Of a stretch of 39,275 nucleotides of DNA, positions 17,503-24,200 are shown in pieces (the first letter of the stretch is position 1; every line of letters begins with the position of its first letter). The stretch covers positions 1-39,275 of the forward strand of contig CALZAJ010000002.1 in assembly GCA_945613785.1 (NCBI GenBank). The letters are read 5' to 3'. The DNA comes from an uncultured Verrucomicrobiota bacterium (GTDB lineage Bacteria; Verrucomicrobiota; Kiritimatiellia; RFP12; UBA1067). The notes below the pieces were generated by a model. The model did no database searches, was not told where the DNA came from, and saw nothing but the letters and a program-made list of their open reading frames with translations. Made by a program: the position numbers and the translations under genes.

Positions 17503-17537
17503 CAGGACCCCCAGGACCCCCAGGACCCCCAGGACAG
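17503..17537. repeat. Inverted iteron array, 4 x CAGGAC at exact 9-bp spacing (CAGGACCCC x3 + CAGGACA)
   Basis: CAGGAC starts at 17503, 17512, 17521 and 17530. It is the reverse complement of the GTCCTG iterons at 17365, 17374, 17383 and 17392. Confidence 0.85.
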
Positions 17538-17658
17538 CGGCCACAGGGCCGCCGCCGCGCCGAACCGCCTCACTGTCTTCCCCCAAATGGGGAGAAATCG
17601 ACAGCCAATCTTGCGCTTACCTTCCCCCGCATGGGTGAAATTTTTTTTCATTTCCCCC

Positions 17659-17687
17659 TTGCGGGGGACAACAAATTTTGGTATAGT
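17659..17687 (+). promoter_or_regulatory. Promoter: -35 TTGCGG, 17-nt spacer, extended -10 TGGTATAGT
   Basis: TTGCGG at 17659-17664 and TGGTATAGT at 17679-17687. The leader of roughly 30 nt carries a GAAGAGGAG Shine-Dalgarno sequence before the ATG at 17723. Confidence 0.45.
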
Positions 17688-17722
17688 TCGAATTGTCGAA
17701 GAAAGAAGAGGAGCAAAACACT

Positions 17723-20254
17723 ATGAAAAAACTACTCATTGCGATGACGGCAATTGCGTCGTTGGCCTTTATTTCAAAGGCTGAAGCGATCAATAGCGGT
17801 ACGACGTTTGAAAATTATGCCGGTGATTTCGGCGCTGATAAGGACGACCGCGGTGGCAACAATGGTACCTTCTGGTACACCGCTGGTTCGCAGTCCGAAT
17901 GCGGCACACTGACGAACATCAACTATACCGCGACCTACTCTGGCGATCGCCCGGCGATTGCTCGGGGTGCGGCGACCGCGACCGCTCTTGCCGTTGAGGC
18001 AGAGCAGCGTCTCGAGCGTGGTATCGCCAACTACTCGGGTGGTTTTGCTCCGCAGGACATCGGCTCTGGCATCTACTTCGACACGATGGTCCAGTTTACT
18101 GCTACCGATATTGCGCCGACGCCGTCGCAGGATGATAAGCTGATTGTTTGGCTCTATGGCTCTGCGGATGTGGACAGCGCCTTTGGCATCAGAACGAATC
18201 TTGTCGTGACGGCTGGCTACCTTGGAACGGGGAATGTCGATGTTACGCTCAAGCATTATTTGAATACCAACGAGAGCATTGTCGTTGAGCCGAACTCGTG
18301 GCACCGTCTTACGATCAAAGCCATCAGCGACATCGGCGCTTCTACATCGCAAGTTGCGGGTTTTGTGGTCTTCATTGATGGTGTCGCAGTTACCAGCACT
18401 GAAGACAAGGCCAATGCCGATGCAAATACAGTTTTCAAGAATCTGAGCTCTGTTGGTGCGAAGTGGAACACGCTCAATGCACTCTTTCCTTCTTTGGTTG
18501 CGGCCGGCAACAACAATTGCCAGACGCTTTCCGCTGTTGCCCTGGAAGGCACGGGTATGATTGACGATATTTCGTTCACCTCCGAAGCTCCGCGTTTTGC
18601 GAAGGATGCCGCGGTCTTCACGCTCAAGTGGGATGATGGCGTCGATACCCTCTCTTATTCGGTTAATGATGGTGCCGCTATCACGGTCGACACTTCGCTT
18701 GCGGCGCAGGCAGTTGACATTACGATTGAACGCGCTGGTACGACGGTTGCGGTTGCGGCCACGTATAAGAGCGGCTATCAGGCTGGTGTGTGGACAACTT
18801 CCAACGCGAATGCCACTCTGAACGAAACGACCTGGACTGTTAATGATGTTTCGGTTGGTACGGTTGTCTCTCAGCAGGCTCTGTTTGAAGTTAATGGTAT
18901 GGCCTATGCTAATTTCGCGGATGCACTGAAGGCCATGGGCGATACCGGAACAATTAAGGTTCTTGCAAATGTCGACATGTCTGCGGCTTCGGATGCAGTG
19001 AATCAGTACATCAATATTGAGGAAGGCCAGAACCTGGTTCTTGATCTGAATGGCAAGACCATCAAGGCTGGTAATCGTCGTGCTGCTTCCATTGTAGTGT
19101 ATGGTTCGCTTACGATTACCAATAGAAGTGAGACGGTTGGTTGCATTGAACCTTTCCAGGAAGAAGCGACGGCCATTGAGGTCAACCTTGATCAAGAGGT
19201 CGCGGGTTCGCTTGTTGTCTATGATCGCTGCAAGATCATGGGCCCGATTGACATGCAAAAAGGTTCGGCGAGCCTTGTCGGCGGTATCTTCTTTGATCCT
19301 GACTACGCGGCGGAAGGCGCCCCCTTCTATTTGAATTCGTATGTCGCTTCTGGTTCGGCTGCTACCTACTCGGGTGACCAGTACTTCACGGTTGCTTCCG
19401 CTTCCACTCCGGAACCAGAACCTGGATCGACATATAAGCTGACGATTCCGCAAGTTGATAACGCGACGGCGAAGGTAACCAGCGAAGGGACGGAGATACC
19501 TGAATCTGACTGGACTGCTATTGCCGCGGGCACGGTGGTAACGGTAACCTGGACGGCTGCGGAGGACTACAAGATTACGGCTGGTGCTACCGAGGAGATC
19601 ACGATGGATGGTAACAAGGAGGCTACTGCCCCGACGGTGAAGGCGATTCAGTACGCCACGGTGGTGATTACACAGGTTGAACACTGCACGATTACCGTCA
19701 AGAATGGGAATGCGGATGTTGCTACGGATGACCAATTCGACATCGACGATAAGGTAGACCTAACCGTAACTCGCACGCCAGCTGCAGGCTACGTACTCGA
19801 TAACTGCGCGGCTGAGGAGGTCCTACGCCTTGACGAGGCTAAGACATACGAGATTACGGCTGCGGTTAAGCCAGTTTCGTCCGGCAAGACTTATCCGACC
19901 TATATCCCGGCGGGTGCTTCTGAGGCAACCAAGGCGAAGTTCGACGCATGGTCGACGAGCAAGGCAGGCGGCGATCGTGATACTGCGAGCGCCAATATGG
20001 AAGCGTTCCTCCTGAATGTCGCGCCGGAAGCTGCGGCTGTGGCAGCCGAAAAGGCTAACTTCAAGGTCACGGCGATCACCGTCAATGCCGATGGCTCGGT
20101 GACAGTGACGACTACTACAGAGAACAGCAGCAAAGAACCATACAACGGCACGGTGAAGGTGAAAGGCAAGGTCAACCTTACCGATTCCAATGCAACCTGG
20201 GTCGAGAAGAATGCTACGCACAAGTTCTTCAAGGCCTTCTTGGAGGTCGAGTAA
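17723..20254 (+). CDS. Secreted surface protein (843 aa): LamG/concanavalin-like N-domain, beta-helix-like middle, Ig-like repeats
   Basis: Signal peptide MKKLLIAMTAIASLAFISKAEA. LamG-like strands LIVWLYG...WHRLTIKA...GFVVFIDGV. The segment IKVLANVDM...NLVLDLNGKTIKAG...GSLTITN is typical of right-handed beta-helix surface proteins. Confidence 0.85.
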   Translation: MKKLLIAMTAIASLAFISKAEAINSGTTFENYAGDFGADKDDRGGNNGTFWYTAGSQSECGTLTNINYTATYSGDRPAIARGAATATALAVEAEQRLERGIANYSGGFAPQDIGSGIYFDTMVQFTATDIAPTPSQDDKLIVWLYGSADVDSAFGIRTNLVVTAGYLGTGNVDVTLKHYLNTNESIVVEPNSWHRLTIKAISDIGASTSQVAGFVVFIDGVAVTSTEDKANADANTVFKNLSSVGAKWNTLNALFPSLVAAGNNNCQTLSAVALEGTGMIDDISFTSEAPRFAKDAAVFTLKWDDGVDTLSYSVNDGAAITVDTSLAAQAVDITIERAGTTVAVAATYKSGYQAGVWTTSNANATLNETTWTVNDVSVGTVVSQQALFEVNGMAYANFADALKAMGDTGTIKVLANVDMSAASDAVNQYINIEEGQNLVLDLNGKTIKAGNRRAASIVVYGSLTITNRSETVGCIEPFQEEATAIEVNLDQEVAGSLVVYDRCKIMGPIDMQKGSASLVGGIFFDPDYAAEGAPFYLNSYVASGSAATYSGDQYFTVASASTPEPEPGSTYKLTIPQVDNATAKVTSEGTEIPESDWTAIAAGTVVTVTWTAAEDYKITAGATEEITMDGNKEATAPTVKAIQYATVVITQVEHCTITVKNGNADVATDDQFDIDDKVDLTVTRTPAAGYVLDNCAAEEVLRLDEAKTYEITAAVKPVSSGKTYPTYIPAGASEATKAKFDAWSTSKAGGDRDTASANMEAFLLNVAPEAAAVAAEKANFKVTAITVNADGSVTVTTTTENSSKEPYNGTVKVKGKVNLTDSNATWVEKNATHKFFKAFLEVE

Positions 20255-20281
20255 GCCGGCTTGAGCTAAAACAGCCAACAG

Positions 20282-20316
20282 CAACCCGCGGTTCTGCCGC
20301 GGGTTGTTGTTTTTTA
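20282..20316 (+). terminator. Rho-independent terminator
   Basis: 10-bp stem CAACCCGCGG / CCGCGGGTTG with a 5-nt loop, followed by TTGTTTTTT. Confidence 0.8.
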
Positions 20317-20553
20317 AGAAAGACCCGGGACCAGCTTATCAATCCGCTAGAAAAAGCAGGGAGAAGCCGCATTTGCCTTTCAGTCAATGGGAAGATACTG
20401 AAAGCCGACTGCGGCTTCGGACTCGACCGCTCGAAAAGCTCAGATGCACTTTTGCTCAGATGCTCAGATGCCGAGGTCAGTCAAGACCGCGCAGCGGTGT
20501 TGACTGACCGAGTACAGTGGAATCTCGTTTTCGTTTTCTAATGCCAATAAATT

Positions 20554-20562
20554 TGATATACT
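20554..20562 (+). promoter_or_regulatory. Extended -10 element TGATATACT upstream of the DUF2442 gene
   Basis: TGnTATACT. The leader of roughly 60 nt carries GGAAGGGAGG before the ATG at 20631. Confidence 0.4.
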
Positions 20563-20630
20563 TTGCGCCAGAAAGGTCATAATGATGAGCCCGTTAATAT
20601 TCCGCCACCAAACTGGAAGGGAGGTGCGAA

Positions 20631-20924
20631 ATGAGCGAAGAATATATTCCTCAGATCTTTATGGCGGCTTTGTCTGGAGGGAAAAAGGTTGATTGCTATT
20701 TCACCAACGGAGCCGTCAAGCGCTTCGATGTCAGTATCGCCATCCGACTTGGCGGCGTCTTTGCACCGTTGAAGAATCAGGATGTGTTTGAGCGATCCAT
20801 GCTGGTTTATGACGGAGTTCTCGCTTTTGACTTAACAGGCCGACGTGAACCCTATGAGATGGTGGACATCTGTGCTGATATAATTTATGAGCAAGGCACC
20901 GATGTTGTGGTGTCGGCGGCCTGA
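20631..20924 (+). CDS. DUF2442-like small protein (97 aa)
   Basis: Strong Shine-Dalgarno sequence. The pattern GGVFAPLKNQDVFERS...YDGVLAFD...DICADIIYEQG resembles DUF2442 (..FePLkd.e.F..v.v....l.Wp.g.DiapE.LY). Confidence 0.55.
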   Translation: MSEEYIPQIFMAALSGGKKVDCYFTNGAVKRFDVSIAIRLGGVFAPLKNQDVFERSMLVYDGVLAFDLTGRREPYEMVDICADIIYEQGTDVVVSAA

Positions 20925-21049
20925 TAGCAGCGGGCAGCGGAGAGACAGCGGCTGGCCATGAGCCGACTTGGGGCTGCTCGTGAGGGCACGAGCAGTACGG
21001 TATCGCTTGAGGGCACCCCCGCGTGAGTCACGCCGGGTACTTTGCCCTC

Positions 21050-21205
21050 GTCCTGGTGTCTTGGCGTCCTGTCTAACCGCTCTCCAATGCAACTGCATTG
21101 GCGGGTGGTTGGTCGCTCCTTGTACAAGGGCTGTTCAACCGTCTGCCAACGCTGTCGACAACTCTGTTAGTAAGTCGTTGAAAAGAGGGTTGATAACACC
21201 TCGGC
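21050..21205. repeat. Diverged third copy of the repeat element (degenerate iterons, CTAACCGCTCTCCA, TGTACAAGGGCTGTTCAACCG, TGTTAGTAAGT-CGTTGAAAAGA)
   Basis: Manual alignment to copies 1 and 2. The order of blocks from AACCGC(C)TCTCCA onward is conserved, with many substitutions and two local palindromes (21084-21101 and 21118-21129). Confidence 0.5.
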
Positions 21206-21242
21206 AAACAGTCAATTGGTTGTTTACTCCATTGCCCTATTG

Positions 21243-21251
21243 TGGTATAAT
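21243..21251 (+). promoter_or_regulatory. Extended -10 promoter element TGGTATAAT for the giant-gene operon
   Basis: Matches the TGnTATAAT consensus, 48 nt upstream of the ATG at 21299 and 108 nt upstream of the ATG at 21359. Confidence 0.45.
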
Positions 21252-21298
21252 TCTCAATGTCTTACTGTCGCCTGTTCTGATCAAACGGGCACAAGGCA

Positions 21299-24200
21299 AT
21301 GAGACAAACTATAGTTGAAACACTCATCGATGAACGTGCAATAAGGCATTGTGTACGTATGAAACTGCGACACGCCGTCAAGAGGGCATTGTCGACTGTC
21401 TGTTTTATGACAGCCGGCGCTACTCTTTTTTCTTTGCCCTTTTTCAGTGCGCGCGGAGAGGAGTACGTCGTCATTGATGCTGCCGAGGCCGCGAAGATTG
21501 GCGCAGCCGCCGGCGGCGATGAGATCCGTCAGATTGATAATGGGGACAGCACACTCGACATAGTCCATCTCTTTACCTCGACGGGAACGTCGATGTCCTT
21601 TACTGTTCCGGCGGAGAATATGATCAAGCCGGGTACGTTCCGTCTGTTGATCGTCGGCGGCGGCGGCAGTGGCGGTGGCGACTGTGGCGGCGGTGGCGGC
21701 GCTGGTGGTCTGATCTACCTGGATAACCTTTCGGCCGCTTCCGCTGTTGTTAATGTCGGTGCTGGTGGAGCTGCGACGACCAGTAAGGAAATGGGCAAGG
21801 ACGGCAGCCCCACGACCATTCAGTTTGGCGGTACGACCTATACGGCCCTTGGTGGCGGCGGTGGTGCCTGGTGGTCGGGCACAAATGGCCGCAGTGGTGG
21901 TTCCGGTGGCGGTGCCGTGCAGGGGAACGGAAATGGTTCCGTAGGCGCTGCCCAGCAGCCGACATCAACGTCGGGTGGCTATGGTAATGCTGGTGCGACG
22001 AGCGCGGTTAACAACGCGGGCGGCGGTGGCGGCGGCGCAGGCGGCGCGGGTAATACTGATGGCTCGGGCGGCCCTGGCATGGCTTACGACATTTCCGGTG
22101 AAACCACGTACTATGCTGCAGGTGGCGGCGGTGGTTGCGATGGCACGCGCAGCACGAGCGTGGGCGGCAGCGGCGTGGGCGGTAACGGCTCTCATAACGG
22201 AAGCAAAGGCGCGACGGACGGTGTGGCCGGTACGGGCTCTGGTGGCGGCGGTGATGGCGGTGGCAACCTGGGACAGGGTTCCTATACCTCACGTTCTGGC
22301 GCGGGTGGTAGCGGTGTTGTGATTCTTCGTTACACTGTTGAGACTTCGCCGATTCGCTCGACGGGTGCCATCCGTAAGCAGGTAGGCGATGACACGGTGC
22401 TGATCTTTACGAATGTCAATGAGGCGTGCTCATTTACACTCGGCGGCACGGCGCAGGCTCGGATTCTCGCCGTTGGCGGCGGCGGTGCCGGTGGTAGTGG
22501 AACCTACGCAACGACTAAAGGTGCTGGTGGTGGTGGCGGCGCTGGCGGTATGATAGATACGAATGGTGTCGTTCTTGCGGCAGGCGTTTATTCAGTAGTC
22601 ATTGGTAAGGGTGGTGCTGCAGCTGCAGATGTTGAGGATCTGTACGAAGGCGCAGACGGTGATCCGTCGTACATTTCAATAAATGGAAATGACGTAATAC
22701 GCGCATATGGCGGTGGCGGCGGTGGCGCTGTGGGGGCTGGCCGTGATGGTGGTTGTGGCGGCGGTGGTTCGAAGGTTTCAGGAACTAAGGCAGGTGTTGG
22801 CGGTTCGGCCCTGCAATCGTCGTCCACGTTTGGCGGTTATGGTTTTAATGGCGGCTCTAGCTCGACGAGTCGTGTCGGTGCCGGTGGTGGCGGTGCGGGG
22901 GCTGTGGGTTCGGCTTCGTCGACAACCGGCGCCCAGGGAGGCAATGGCCGTATCAGTGACATTACCGGTGAGCAAGTGTACTATGCTGGCGGCGGCGGCG
23001 GTGGCATGTTTACAACTACTGTTTATGAAAGCCTTGGCGGTCTTGGCGGCGGTGGCAATGGCGGTAATAATGATGCTGCGGCTACGGCTGGTGTGGATGG
23101 TCTTGGTGGCGGCGGTGGAGGCTGCAACGCAGATACTGTGGGTGGTGCTGGCGGCAGCGGTATTATTGTCGTTCGTATTTCTTCTGTGCTTGACGGTCCT
23201 ATTGCAAAGCCGGCCTCTGCGAGCTTCGTTTTTGATGGTGAAGATCACACCTTGATTCCGCAGATGGATTTCGCCTACACGATTACCGGCACGGCCAGCG
23301 CGACGAATGTTGGCGACTATCACTTCAAGGTTGAATTGAAGGACGGTTTTTGTTGGAATGGCGACCCTGCCGATACCGATCCGGTGGAAATCAGCTGGTC
23401 GATAACCAAGGCGCCCAACGCGATTACCGATCTTTATCAACCCAATTGGCTCACGGGCGAAACCCCCTCTACGCCTACTTGTCATGTCGATTTCGGCACG
23501 CCGGTTTACACATATTCGACCGAGGAGAATGGCGAATATGTCGCGCTCGACCTTGCCAGTCTCGGCCGCGGCGAATATTGGGTAAAGGCTACCATCAAGG
23601 AAACGGCCAACTATGATGGCGCCGAAGCCAAGGCGTCGTTCCGCGTTGTCGCCGGCCCTTCCGAATCGTTCGTATACCGCACGTCTTTCGCCGTCGCTGG
23701 CACGGACGGAACTTCGACGCTGACGAATTTTCCAGTGCTCCTTCGGCTCGATAAGAGCAATGTAGGCTTTGATTATGCCGAAATCAGGCAAGCGCGCGAT
23801 GCTGGCGAATTGAGTTTTGCTGATAATACCGGGGCGTATTTGCCGTATGAAATCGACACGTGGAATGAAAACGGCGAATCGCTCATTTGGGTAAGGCTGA
23901 ACGAGCTGTCGCCGTTGGGCGCGACTATTTCGATGTATTGGGGTCTGCGCGATGGCTATTCTGTCGAGCCGAATAATCCGCAGGCCGTCTGGACCGATTT
24001 TGCCGGCGTTTGGCACATGAACGAGGTGATACTCGCGGGCCGCGCCAGTTCGACCAAGTCGTCCGATTCCACCGCCGGCAAACACGATGCCACCCCGGTA
24101 AAAGGCACGAACGGTAATTTGACGCAAATGGTTTCTACGAATGCGGTGGTCGGTCTCGGGCGCGTCAACAGTTCTGTCAAGAGTTGCTTGAATGGCAACC

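Noticed and set aside
17774-19735. 653-aa minus-strand ORF
   Set aside because: This is an antisense shadow of the 843-aa secreted-protein gene. It is Arg/Asn/Ile-rich and lacks any start context. The + strand gene has a promoter, Shine-Dalgarno sequence, signal peptide and terminator.
20304-20507. 67-aa + strand ORF in the terminator-to-promoter gap
   Set aside because: It starts inside the terminator T-tract, has no Shine-Dalgarno sequence, is Arg-rich and low in complexity, and coincides with stem-loops. I treat the region as non-coding.
21021-21033. Palindrome GCGTGAGTCACGC and the nearby 9-bp-stem hairpin (20974-20995) as an operator or terminator
   Set aside because: The palindrome is too short to distinguish from chance in 39 kb, and the hairpin lacks a T-tract. 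I note both but make no call.
21596-23179. Glycine-rich region as a simple-sequence expansion, a PE_PGRS-like repeat or a DGR template/variable pair
   Set aside because: The two modules share ordered, distinct motifs rather than a short repeating unit. They differ at all nucleotide types, not only at adenines. No reverse transcriptase gene is in the window.
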